Origin: a virus
Length of the DNA: 44,731 nucleotides
Reading direction: 5' to 3' (one strand)
IMG/VR virus record: IMGVR_UViG_3300035698_016751
Shown here: piece after piece, positions 26,014 to 35,081 of the stretch
Layout of the letters: each line of letters opens with the position of its first letter
How positions within the stretch are numbered: the first letter of the stretch is position 1
Program-made: the position numbers and the translations under genes
Notes under the pieces: generated by a model
What the model was told of the DNA's origin: nothing
What the model saw: the letters and a program-made list of their open reading frames with translations, nothing else
Databases searched by the model: none

Positions 26014-27225
26014 ATGTTACTACTTCCAGCCCAATCTGTTCTCGATACAGATTTATACAAATTATCCCAACAGGCAGCTATACTTGCTAAATATCCTAAC
26101 GTCGATATGGAGTGGCGATGGGCCAATCGTAATGGGACACCATTTAGTAATAAGGCGGTAGACGCCATTCGTGAAAATATTGAAAGGATGGCAGAGCTTA
26201 AAGTCAATGATGAACAGATGGCAGCTTTTGCAAAAGCCTGTTCGTTCTTCAATCCTTCTTACTTTGCATATCTGAAAAATTACAGATTCAATCCTAAAGA
26301 AGTGAAAATCACTCAGGATAATGATGAAAACTTTGCAATGTCTTTTCGTGGAAAATGGCATAGCAATATTTTGTGGGAAATTCCGGGGTTGTTCATCCCC
26401 AGTGATGCATACTACAAGTTTGACGATACAGACTGGTCAGATGAAGGACAAGAAGCTTTGCTGCGTGAAAAAGGGAAATTCCTTTGGAACTGTACCTTTG
26501 CTGATTTCGGAACAAGGCGAAGAAGAAATTTTGAATCTCAAGACCGTGCTGTAAGAATTCTGAAAGATAACCCCGGCTTTGTTGGGACCAGCAATGTTCA
26601 CTTGGCTTTGAAGTATGGTGTAAAGCCAATTGGCACTTTAGCACATGAATGGATTATGGCACATCAGGTTTTGTCTGGTATTCGTCATTGTAATAGAGCA
26701 GCGATGCAGGCATGGAATGATGTTTACAAAGGCAATTTGGGTATCGCCCTTCCTGATACCATTGGTTCTGATTCATTCTTTGCTGATTTTGATGGTGTTC
26801 TTAGCAGGTTGTTTGATGGCACCAGACACGACAGTGGTTGTCCTTATGAATATGGTGAAAAGACAATTGCTCACTATGAGAGTTTGGGAATTAATCCATG
26901 TTCAAAGGTTATCATCTTTAGTGATGGATTGCGTGCCAATGCCGATGCGAGTCCTGAAAGAAATCCTGAAAAAATCAGAAAATATTTTGAAGGACGTATT
27001 AAGACATCATTTGGTATTGGAACAGATTTCACAAATGATTTCCCCGGTAGTCCTGCGTTGAATATCGTAGTCAAACCTTATACAGTCAATAATATTCATG
27101 TTGTTAAATATCCCGATAGTGCGGGAAAAGCGATGGGCGACCCTGATGCACAGAGAGTTGTACGATATATTTCCCGTGGAATCTCGCTGGATACTCCGTT
27201 GGCTTCATTAAAAAAGGGAAAATAA
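26014..27225 (+). CDS. pncB: nicotinate phosphoribosyltransferase
   Basis: Collinear with E. coli PncB. Shared motifs are LDTDLYKL (LDTDAYKL), DFGTRRR, GTSNVHLA (GTSNYDLA), TLAHEWIMAHQ (TQAHEWFQAHQ), GIALPDT, RHDSGCPYEYGEKTIAHYESLGINPCSKVIIFSDGL, SFGIGT and LNIVVK. Confidence 0.85.
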   Translation: MLLLPAQSVLDTDLYKLSQQAAILAKYPNVDMEWRWANRNGTPFSNKAVDAIRENIERMAELKVNDEQMAAFAKACSFFNPSYFAYLKNYRFNPKEVKITQDNDENFAMSFRGKWHSNILWEIPGLFIPSDAYYKFDDTDWSDEGQEALLREKGKFLWNCTFADFGTRRRRNFESQDRAVRILKDNPGFVGTSNVHLALKYGVKPIGTLAHEWIMAHQVLSGIRHCNRAAMQAWNDVYKGNLGIALPDTIGSDSFFADFDGVLSRLFDGTRHDSGCPYEYGEKTIAHYESLGINPCSKVIIFSDGLRANADASPERNPEKIRKYFEGRIKTSFGIGTDFTNDFPGSPALNIVVKPYTVNNIHVVKYPDSAGKAMGDPDAQRVVRYISRGISLDTPLASLKKGK

Positions 27226-27367
27226 TGATTGATAAAATTATCACATTAACGGAAGAAGAATCAAAAAGATTGACGGAAAGACCGTTAAAAGTTGCGGGAA
27301 AAGATTTTGAAGAATTAGAAGATTGGAGAAATCGTTCTCGCAGGTCAAATATTAGGGTAAATTAAAA

Positions 27368-29134
27368 ATGAAAATACTTATTGCACAAACCAATACTACT
27401 CCGAATGATTTTGAAGGTAACTTTCAACAAATCAAAGATGCTATTGATGCGGGATTGAATAAGGTAGACCTTATCATCACCCCAGAATTATCAATTCCGG
27501 GGTATCTCGTAAAAGACATGATGTATGATGATTCTTTCATTGAAGGAAATCTTAAAACTCTACAACAAGTAGTAAAAGCAACTAATTGGTCAGTTCGTAA
27601 GACTGAAGACACTGCAACAACCTATGTGGTAGTAGGCTACATTGATAAAAACCGAACTGGCAAAGGTAAGCCATTCAAAAACATGCTTGCTGTTATCTGT
27701 GATGGGGCTATTGTTGCAACATATCAGAAAAGACTTCTTCCTTTTTATGATGTATTTGATGAAGGACGATATTTTGAGCCGGGAACCGAAGGAACTGTCA
27801 TTGAGATAGCAGGAGAAAAATGGGGTCTAGCTATCTGTGAAGACATCTTTAATGATAAAGGCATGGATGATTATAACTATGCCACGAATCCTCTTGCTGA
27901 GTATCGTAAAATAGGTGTCAATAATATCATCAGTATAAATAGTTCTCCTTTCGTTATGGGGAAACCCAAAGAACGAGCCGATATGGTGCGAGAGAGTTTC
28001 AAAAATGGAACTATAATTTATTGTAATCAAACAGGTGGTCAGGATGATTTGGTGTTTGATGGTCACAGTATGATTGTTCAAAATGATAAGGTGTTGTTGT
28101 TTGCGGATGCAGAAACACCATTGATAGATTTTGATTTTGAAAATTGTTCACAAAATGATGTTATCAAGATGTCACAAATTGTTGGAAACCAAGCGGATGA
28201 CCGAATAGCTTCTCTTTATCAAATGGGCGTTATCGGCTTGAGAGATTATATCCAAAAAAATGGATTTAAAACAGCCGTATTCGGAAGTAGTGGAGGAATT
28301 GATAGTGCATTAGTTGCTGCAATGCTTTGTGATGCCATAGGACCGGAAAACGTGTACGGCATAAGAATGCCTAGTGTGATAAGTAGTTCACACTCCGTTG
28401 ATGATGCTGGTGCGCTTCAAAAGAATTTCGGGTTTAATGATTTTCTTGTTCCCATTGAACACAAAGACAATCTGAAGAAATATAATGAGATATTTCTTCC
28501 GCTCGACAGTCCGCCCCTTGCTAATGGACAATATAATGCTGTTGCTGACGAAAATATACAAGCTAGAATTCGTGGCATGATTGTCATGCACTTCTCAAAT
28601 GCATTCGGAGCAATTCCGATAGCAACGGGCAATAAATCTGAACTTTCAGTTGGATACTGTACTCTTTATGGTGATATGTGCGGTGGATTTGCTCCACTCA
28701 GTGATGTATACAAGATGGATGTATACGCATTGGCTGAATATCGTAATAAAAATGGAGTCATGATTCCTGTTTCCATTATAGAAAAAGCACCGAGTGCAGA
28801 GTTGTCGGAAGGGCAAGAAGATTCAGATTCTCTTCTTCCTTATCCTATTCTGGATATGATTCTGTTTGGTCTGGTTGAACATCACATTAGTAGTTTCGAA
28901 AAATTCTGTGCTGTTTATAAAGATATGGTTTCAGAAGCCTATGGGTCTTCTTCAAATAAATCAATCGGTATTATAAAAGATTGGATTAAAAACGAAGGTG
29001 CGGAACAAGCATATAATAAAACAATCCAAATGGTTAACAGAAACGAATTCAAGCGAAGACAAGCCGCACCGGGAATTAAGTTCAGTAAAGTAGCCTTTGG
29101 GTCTGGTCGGCGTATGCCAATCACGAAAAAGTAA
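27368..29134 (+). CDS. nadE: glutamine-dependent NAD+ synthetase (N-terminal nitrilase/CN-hydrolase domain plus C-terminal NAD synthetase domain)
   Basis: N-terminus MKILIAQTN...ITPELSIPGY with the catalytic Cys in GLAICEDIF (CN hydrolase E-K-C triad). C-terminal ATP pyrophosphatase P-loop FGSSGGIDSALVAAM. At 588 aa it matches two-domain NadE. Confidence 0.85.
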   Translation: MKILIAQTNTTPNDFEGNFQQIKDAIDAGLNKVDLIITPELSIPGYLVKDMMYDDSFIEGNLKTLQQVVKATNWSVRKTEDTATTYVVVGYIDKNRTGKGKPFKNMLAVICDGAIVATYQKRLLPFYDVFDEGRYFEPGTEGTVIEIAGEKWGLAICEDIFNDKGMDDYNYATNPLAEYRKIGVNNIISINSSPFVMGKPKERADMVRESFKNGTIIYCNQTGGQDDLVFDGHSMIVQNDKVLLFADAETPLIDFDFENCSQNDVIKMSQIVGNQADDRIASLYQMGVIGLRDYIQKNGFKTAVFGSSGGIDSALVAAMLCDAIGPENVYGIRMPSVISSSHSVDDAGALQKNFGFNDFLVPIEHKDNLKKYNEIFLPLDSPPLANGQYNAVADENIQARIRGMIVMHFSNAFGAIPIATGNKSELSVGYCTLYGDMCGGFAPLSDVYKMDVYALAEYRNKNGVMIPVSIIEKAPSAELSEGQEDSDSLLPYPILDMILFGLVEHHISSFEKFCAVYKDMVSEAYGSSSNKSIGIIKDWIKNEGAEQAYNKTIQMVNRNEFKRRQAAPGIKFSKVAFGSGRRMPITKK

Positions 29135-29145
29135 GGAATAGAACA

Positions 29146-29511
29146 ATGTTAAAAAAAATATGTATTTTTTTCATGTGGCTATGTATATTCTTTGTAATGA
29201 TATTAGCTGTACTAGTCGTTGACCACATATGGCAAACGAGCAAATCTAATACGCCATCACGAAAAGAATGCATCAGCCTAGGCTTCCGGGGGGATATGAG
29301 TTGGTGGTCGCATAATAACCGAGTGATTATCAATTCCCCAGATAATAAGTATCATGGGCTAGTTGGCGAGTTGAAGGAATGGAAAGAGAATGCCAAGTTG
29401 TGGCTTGTATACTTATATGATAGAAATGGTAATATTCAATGTGTTAATTTTAAGCCGAGCCAAATTTGCAATATTTCCTGTGGTGAAAAGATGCCTGTGG
29501 TGAAAAAATGA
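29146..29511 (+). CDS. small signal-anchored hypothetical protein (121 aa)
   Basis: N-terminal hydrophobic segment ICIFFMWLCIFFVMILAVLVV. Sits between nadE and nadD. Confidence 0.35.
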   Translation: MLKKICIFFMWLCIFFVMILAVLVVDHIWQTSKSNTPSRKECISLGFRGDMSWWSHNNRVIINSPDNKYHGLVGELKEWKENAKLWLVYLYDRNGNIQCVNFKPSQICNISCGEKMPVVKK

Positions 29512-30380
29512 ATGAAACACAAAAAAAAGTAAATGCGGTGTTCACTGAAAGCTTTGGTAGGACTCCACTCAAACTAAGGCAAAAAGATATTTTTGGTGAA
29601 GCTTTAGAATTGCTACGTGCCACCGACCTGAGAAACCTAAAGGAAGAGACAGGAGATTGTTTGGCATCTTTACACCAACTCTGCAATGAGTGTGGTTGGG
29701 ATGCAAATGAACTTATTAATGATACTTTGATAAAAATAGGTCTAAGGGCAGAGCAATATAAATCTCTTGGACGTAAAATAAAAGTAGCAATCTTAGGTGG
29801 TGCGTTCAATCCCATTCACAAGGGACACATCGAATGTGCTAAATTGGTTCTTGATACTTGTAAGACATTCGATGAAGTTTGGCTTATGCCATGCTACGGA
29901 CACATGTATGGAAAACAAATGGTTTCTCCCGAACACAGAATAGCTATGGCAAAATTGGCTTGTAAAACTGATGGAAGAATCAAAGTATGCGAATATGAAA
30001 TTGACAATCAATTAAAGGGAGAAGCATATTTTCTCCTGTCTAAATTGATGGATGAAGATTTTGCTAAGGATAAATTTGACTTTTCCTTCATTATAGGAAT
30101 GGACAATGCTAATACTTTTGACCAGTGGGTAAACTACGAACACTTGGAAAGACTTATAAGGTTCGTTATAGTGCCTAGGACGGGCGTAGAAAGAGATGAA
30201 TCCATTAATTGGTATCTCAACCCCCCGCACATTTATATTAGCGGAGAGAAGCCCCTGCTTGATATTTCTTCCTCAGAAATAAGAGATATGGTTACAGCTA
30301 AGAATTGGCAAGCAGTTGAACAGGTACTAGACCCTGCGGTTATAGAATATATAATTAAAAATGGATTGTACGGAGACTAA
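29508..30380 (+). CDS. nadD: nicotinate-nucleotide adenylyltransferase with an N-terminal MazG-like all-alpha NTP-pyrophosphatase-like extension
   Basis: Residues about 100-290 carry VAILGGAFNPIHKGHIECAK (NadD G-G-x-F-x-P-x-H-x-x-H) and ISSSEIR. Residues about 20-95 (FGEALELLRATDLRNLKEETGDCLASLHQLCNECGWDANELINDTLIK) fit the MazG/HisE EE-xx-E/D helix pattern. Confidence 0.75.
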   Translation: MNETQKKVNAVFTESFGRTPLKLRQKDIFGEALELLRATDLRNLKEETGDCLASLHQLCNECGWDANELINDTLIKIGLRAEQYKSLGRKIKVAILGGAFNPIHKGHIECAKLVLDTCKTFDEVWLMPCYGHMYGKQMVSPEHRIAMAKLACKTDGRIKVCEYEIDNQLKGEAYFLLSKLMDEDFAKDKFDFSFIIGMDNANTFDQWVNYEHLERLIRFVIVPRTGVERDESINWYLNPPHIYISGEKPLLDISSSEIRDMVTAKNWQAVEQVLDPAVIEYIIKNGLYGD

Positions 30381-30851
30381 TAATTTTAATAATTTACGGG
30401 CAAGAGGAGAAAGTTCCTTCTTGTAAACTTCCTTCTTACGGCCTTGTGCCCATCCTGCGTCAAGGGCTTTCTCACACTGTTCAATTGCCCAATTAATATC
30501 ATATTCAGACACCATTTTCAAGAATAGTTTTCGTTGCGGTTCGCAGCATTTATCAAGCAATTGTTCCAGTATTTTCCTGCGGTAATTATTAACTTTTTTC
30601 AACGCTTGACTATGAGCAACAACTCTTCGCTTCTCGTTCTGACACTTCTCGGCGTTAGCTAAATAAAAGTAACTATTTTTTATGTGATATCTCGTACTCT
30701 CGCCTGCCCAACCATGTAATTGTACCGTTTCAGAATGAATGTGATAATGATTTTTATATGGAACAATATAGACAATATCAACACCCGGAACAACATGCAC
30801 ACCGTCTTTTGTTTTGTGAAGTTTCGATAGAATTTCGTCTTTTGAAATCAT
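30327..30851 (-). CDS. hypothetical protein (174 aa)
   Basis: ORF. Its 3' end overlaps the 3' end of nadD convergently by 54 bp. Confidence 0.35.
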   Translation of the reverse strand: MISKDEILSKLHKTKDGVHVVPGVDIVYIVPYKNHYHIHSETVQLHGWAGESTRYHIKNSYFYLANAEKCQNEKRRVVAHSQALKKVNNYRRKILEQLLDKCCEPQRKLFLKMVSEYDINWAIEQCEKALDAGWAQGRKKEVYKKELSPLARKLLKLLVSVQSIFNYIFYNRRV

Positions 30852-31060
30852 TATTCCATTCCTTTGGGGTAGTCCCGGCGTAATTGAGCAATTGCTTCAG
30901 CTATCTGTTCTGGTGTAGCTTCTTTGTAAAATTTATGAATAGCACGTATTTTACGTTTAGTTAAGTATATGGTGACTATACAAGCAACCAACATACTCGT
31001 AATATATGATGCTATAAAAAATAGAAATAATTTCCAATCTACCATTATAAATTCTCCCAC
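30851..31060 (-). CDS. small single-TM membrane protein (69 aa)
   Basis: Hydrophobic helix LFFIASYITSMLVACIVTIYL. Coupled to the downstream gene. Confidence 0.3.
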   Translation of the reverse strand: MGEFIMVDWKLFLFFIASYITSMLVACIVTIYLTKRKIRAIHKFYKEATPEQIAEAIAQLRRDYPKGME

Positions 31061-31392
31061 ATGTCGTAAGGTATTATGTCTTTCACATCAACATCCCAGT
31101 TCTTATTCTGTAGCCTTCTGATAGCTACAACTTTACTATCATCTATTAAAATTCTAGGAGATTGTACATTAAACAATATCGGAGCATCGAAATCAAGTTC
31201 TTTTATTAATTTATATGTATTTTCAACGCTCCAGACTGTTCCAGCATCTCTATCTTCATCTCGCATTGTTATAAATATAACATTATGACCTTCTTTATGA
31301 AGGCGGTTTAACATCTCTTTAGCTCCATCTAGCCATTGGCTTGTGTGGTAATTAACAATTGTCCCATCAATATCAAATAAATATGCTGCCAT
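31045..31392 (-). CDS. small HAD-superfamily phosphatase-like protein
   Basis: Motif I YLFDIDGTIV (DxDGT), then VIFITMRDED. A minimal HAD core. Confidence 0.5.
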   Translation of the reverse strand: MAAYLFDIDGTIVNYHTSQWLDGAKEMLNRLHKEGHNVIFITMRDEDRDAGTVWSVENTYKLIKELDFDAPILFNVQSPRILIDDSKVVAIRRLQNKNWDVDVKDIIPYDMWENL

Positions 31393-31404
31393 TTTTTGTT
31401 TCTC

Positions 31405-32100
31405 CTAGGAAAAGGAATTGGAACCGTGCTTAGATAAGAATAATGGTCTCTTGGGCTTGATACCCTGCGTATGGTTATTTTCATTGAATAATGAACTGAT
31501 TAATTCTTTTTCTTTCCTCTGTTTTTGTTGTTCGTTTGCCTTATTAGGATTCCAATTCTTCATTAGGTATTCATAAGCTTTTCTACTATTTTCCCCACCG
31601 TCAGGTAATTTGTCTAATTCTTTGGCTCGTGCTAAGGATAACGCTTCGGCTTGTACTGCGGTGTCTGGTGCATTAGATAAGGATGCTGCTTCGTCATGAA
31701 AACCCTTTAAACAAAGAATTTTCCGTGCTTTTTTGAGTAATTTATCTTGTTCTTTTCTAATTGCAATTGATTCAATCTGGTCTTTACGTAAGTTTTGTTC
31801 TATTAATCTTTGTTGACATTTCCTACAAAATACAACTCCCTTCATAAAATTATGTCCCGCACGAAACGGCGGTCCTATTAAATCTTCACAATTTGGAAAG
31901 GCGTGCCAAGGATGACCAAAATCACCAACAAAGCATTTAATACCCATCTTTATGAGTCTTTCATGATATTGGTCTTCGTTTTCGTACCATTTTTTCCAAT
32001 AAGACTCGCTCATTTCCCCTTTAGCGAGTTCTTTGGCTTTGAGTTGTAAATAGTCTTTTTTTTGCTTTGGTTTCCAATTTAAGTTTATTTTTCTTGTCAT
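31405..32100 (-). CDS. Cys/His-rich hypothetical protein, paralog of the upstream gene
   Basis: Starts MTRKINLNWK, identical at the nucleotide level over about 30 nt with the neighbouring gene. Contains one HPWHAFPNCEDL...FCRKCQ module. Confidence 0.4.
   Translation of the reverse strand: MTRKINLNWKPKQKKDYLQLKAKELAKGEMSESYWKKWYENEDQYHERLIKMGIKCFVGDFGHPWHAFPNCEDLIGPPFRAGHNFMKGVVFCRKCQQRLIEQNLRKDQIESIAIRKEQDKLLKKARKILCLKGFHDEAASLSNAPDTAVQAEALSLARAKELDKLPDGGENSRKAYEYLMKNWNPNKANEQQKQRKEKELISSLFNENNHTQGIKPKRPLFLSKHGSNSFS
32072..32100. repeat. direct repeat copy 1 (TTCCAATTTAAGTTTATTTTTCTTGTCAT)
   Basis: Copy 2 lies at 33027-33055. Both encode MTRKINLNW at the 5' ends of the adjacent paralogs. 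Confidence 0.85.
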
Positions 32101-32104
32101 TATT

Positions 32105-33091
32105 TTATCTCGTGGAAGGATATAGTTGTTTGTGTTGTGTAATTAACCAATTTTCATCACATTGTTCAAGCATAGCTTCTGGTTCCTCGCATTCCCCTTC
32201 CAGATAAACATGACAATCTAAACCACATCTTCCAGACATTCCAACATTAAAGCATCCGTTGTGGTTTATGACTCTTTTTTTTGGAACATTTGTTACTTCG
32301 GAAACCCAATCTTTTAGGGCCGATACCGCAGGTGGAGATGAATATAAGGTTGATACTGTATGTGGTGGTTTTGGAGGAACAACACATTCCGCTCTTGGTC
32401 CTGTGGGTTGATAACCTGATGATAATGGTTTATCTTCTGGTTTTGGATTATACCCTTTAAGTCTTATTTTGGGTTTGGGTTGTACTTCTTGTGTTTCAGT
32501 ACAATTTTTACAAATTGGTATGTTCTGTTTTTGATGTTTACACCATCGTTGTAAGCCTGCATGTGAGATTTTAATTGCTGCACCTTTTATTGCATTACAA
32601 TTGTTGGAAGTGTGCCAACAACTCAACCTACTAAGGGCAGACTCTTGGGTGCTGATAAAAATATTTGCGTAACAATTAGGGGTTTCAAAAGCAACCGTAT
32701 TTTTTTCACTATCGGGAATTCCATTGAGTGAATCCCATACTATCATTGGTTGTGGTTTTGGTTGTGCTTCTAAAATTGCTTGGTCCATATTTTCTTGGCA
32801 TTTTTTACAGAATGGTATTTTGGTTGTATGCTGCCAGCGAGATGCCATTTGATGTACTTTACCTGTTATCATTTCACAATCTGAGAAAGCGTGCCAAACT
32901 TGTTGATTAGCCAATTCTAAAAAGCATTCGCACGGGGCTGCTGGGTCAATTTCCATCTTACTGTCATGCTCTGATATCATCTTCATAGCATAGGACATAT
33001 CAATTATTTTGGGGCGGTGCTGCTTCTTCCAATTTAAGTTTATTTTTCTTGTCATTTTATTCTCAAAATGTGTAAGCGTATTAAAAAACAA
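32105..33091 (-). CDS. Cys/His-rich hypothetical protein with three WHxxxxC...CxxC modules. Probable start at the internal Met, position 33055
   Basis: The internal MTRKINLNWK at 33055 is identical to the start of the downstream paralog. Modules are VWHAFSDCE...FCKKCQ, CWHTSNNCN...ICKNCTE and a C-terminal CGLDCHVYLEGECEEPE. Confidence 0.4.
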   Translation of the reverse strand: MFFNTLTHFENKMTRKINLNWKKQHRPKIIDMSYAMKMISEHDSKMEIDPAAPCECFLELANQQVWHAFSDCEMITGKVHQMASRWQHTTKIPFCKKCQENMDQAILEAQPKPQPMIVWDSLNGIPDSEKNTVAFETPNCYANIFISTQESALSRLSCWHTSNNCNAIKGAAIKISHAGLQRWCKHQKQNIPICKNCTETQEVQPKPKIRLKGYNPKPEDKPLSSGYQPTGPRAECVVPPKPPHTVSTLYSSPPAVSALKDWVSEVTNVPKKRVINHNGCFNVGMSGRCGLDCHVYLEGECEEPEAMLEQCDENWLITQHKQLYPSTR

Positions 33092-33117
33092 CTAAAGTAA
33101 AAATGTGTAAGAGAAAT

Positions 33118-33840
33118 TTATACTTCTTGAACGTTTCGAGCAACATCCTGCCAATTAGATTTAAATTCTTTTGGAATATCGGCTGATGTTATGAAATCTA
33201 CGTATTCGATTATAGCCTGAGCAAACATATCGGAAGCCATATGTGTAGTGGCATCATCAGAACGTAATGCTCGTACAACTTCTATTTGCAAACTGTGTAC
33301 CTGTTTATCCTTGTACCATTTTCTGTATAATTGATTCAAGTTTTTTCTTCTTCGTGCAGCGTATGGTCCCCCAGCACGCCCTTGTCCAACTTCCATAATT
33401 TGATTTAGTATATAAACAAATGCATCTTTTCTTAATGTCCCACATGTGTAAGAAGGTTTAGCCCCTTCTCCGAATCCAACAATGGCATCTATTTCAGGGT
33501 CTCTATTGAAATTTACCGCATTGCTTACACCGTGCATAATCAAAATTGTAACATCAGCAGAACAGTCAAATATCGTATTGACATACTCCATAATCGGGTC
33601 TAAAAATTCTTGTTTAACTACGTCTTCATGGCAGTGTTCAATATTGTTACAATTGGCTTTATCTTCATCGTAGTCATAATCTCTTGCTCTTTCCCATCCG
33701 TTGTTTATGACAGCATAAGCACCAGTTTTTTCAGCAATTAATCTTGTCAATAATCCGGTGCGTGGGTCATCTGCTCCGTGGGGAGCAACTAATAGTATAG
33801 GTGTCGTGTCATCGCCATCTATTAAGCTAATACGTTCCAT
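33118..33840 (-). CDS. PghP-like poly-gamma-glutamate hydrolase family protein (phage replication-related protein YjqB-like, zinc peptidase fold)
   Basis: N-terminal ILLVAPHGADDPRTGLLTRLIAEKTGAYAVINNG matches the family signature APHGG.IE.GT.E.A. Later MHGVSNA. Confidence 0.45.
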   Translation of the reverse strand: MERISLIDGDDTTPILLVAPHGADDPRTGLLTRLIAEKTGAYAVINNGWERARDYDYDEDKANCNNIEHCHEDVVKQEFLDPIMEYVNTIFDCSADVTILIMHGVSNAVNFNRDPEIDAIVGFGEGAKPSYTCGTLRKDAFVYILNQIMEVGQGRAGGPYAARRRKNLNQLYRKWYKDKQVHSLQIEVVRALRSDDATTHMASDMFAQAIIEYVDFITSADIPKEFKSNWQDVARNVQEV

Positions 33841-33974
33841 ATAAAGTAAGTCCTTTCTAATGTCTATAGTAGTTTACTCTTTTTTAAAGTTAATGCAACA
33901 TTATTTATCGTGACAAACTGTATTTTACACCTTAATCGTTTTGTTTATCAATGAGTTACATGAAATTCCTCCTT

Positions 33975-33996
33975 TAGTTAAGATGTACATGGAGGG
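33975..33996 (+). promoter_or_regulatory. phage-type promoter box TAGTTAAGATGTACATGGAGGG
   Basis: TGTACAT family, 3 bp upstream of ATG 33999. The GGAGGG also serves as the SD. Confidence 0.55.
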
Positions 33997-33998
33997 CC

Positions 33999-35069
33999 AT
34001 GAATGTTAATGCTACAATCTGCGGTGTGAAATTGCGTGACCTGAAGGTTATGAATAGCAAGTTTGATGGTTATGATATCCATACTGGTAAACGATTCAAA
34101 GCTGGGAAACAAATTGCATATCTACATGGTAGCAATCTTACACCTAAAGAGTCAAAAGCACTATTTCCCAACGGGAAAGTGAGTGCCATTTCTGTTCGTT
34201 GGCCTCTTAGAGAGAACAAGACCAAACCGAATGAGTACAAACCCGTACCACCACAGAAGAAACGTCCTTTTGTCACACCTTTCACGCCTAGTGAAAGTCA
34301 GGAAGAAATTCTTGCTGCATTGCTTGGAAGTGAAGACCATCTTCTTATCAAGGCTTTTGCTGGAACAGGTAAAACTTCTACACTCGTTTGGTTGGTTCAA
34401 GAATTGTCCAAAAGGGGTCTGACTAAAAACAAAAAAATCATTTACTTGGCATTCAACAAAAGCATACAAGAGGAACTTGCAGAGCGATTGTCTGGAACAG
34501 GTGTCCCTGCTCTTACTACTCATGCGTTTGGATTTCAAGCAATTAAGACAGTATTTGGTGGGGAAATCAAACCTACTAGCGGCAAATGTGCTTCCACTAC
34601 ATTTCTCAAATTAGTTTGTCATGAAAATGGATTACCTATCACGGCATTAGGTTTTAGTGTCGCACGTCATGCGAAAGAATATTTGCTTCGGTCTGCTGTT
34701 CTGGAATTGGTCGGTTATATTAAATCTTGGGCAATCTGTCCCTCGTTTTTTGGCCGAAACATTGATTCACCATGGAATTTCAGTGACAAACAAAAAGAAG
34801 CTATATTTGAATTGATAGAGATGTATGAAATTGAGTTGCCAAGTGCGAATTGGACCCCAGAAGATTTGGTGAAATATGCTTGCAGCATTGTAACAAATAA
34901 TTTACCAGTTAATCATGATTTATTGGTAGAAATTGATTATGATGATATGCTTTATTTTCCACTTGTTTTCAATTTGAACCTTCCGAAATACGATTTAGTT
35001 CTGACTGATGAAAGTCAGGATTTTAATAGATGTCAGATTTTACTTCTCGAAAAAATGATTGCTGCTTAA
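33999..35069 (+). CDS. UvrD/PcrA-like SF1 helicase, N-terminal fragment (motifs I, Ia, II)
   Basis: Motif I LLIKAFAGTGKTSTLV, motif Ia LAFNKSIQEELAERL, motif II LVLTDESQDFN. The ORF stops 7 codons after motif II. Confidence 0.65.
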   Translation: MNVNATICGVKLRDLKVMNSKFDGYDIHTGKRFKAGKQIAYLHGSNLTPKESKALFPNGKVSAISVRWPLRENKTKPNEYKPVPPQKKRPFVTPFTPSESQEEILAALLGSEDHLLIKAFAGTGKTSTLVWLVQELSKRGLTKNKKIIYLAFNKSIQEELAERLSGTGVPALTTHAFGFQAIKTVFGGEIKPTSGKCASTTFLKLVCHENGLPITALGFSVARHAKEYLLRSAVLELVGYIKSWAICPSFFGRNIDSPWNFSDKQKEAIFELIEMYEIELPSANWTPEDLVKYACSIVTNNLPVNHDLLVEIDYDDMLYFPLVFNLNLPKYDLVLTDESQDFNRCQILLLEKMIAA

Positions 35070-35081
35070 AAGGAAAACAAA

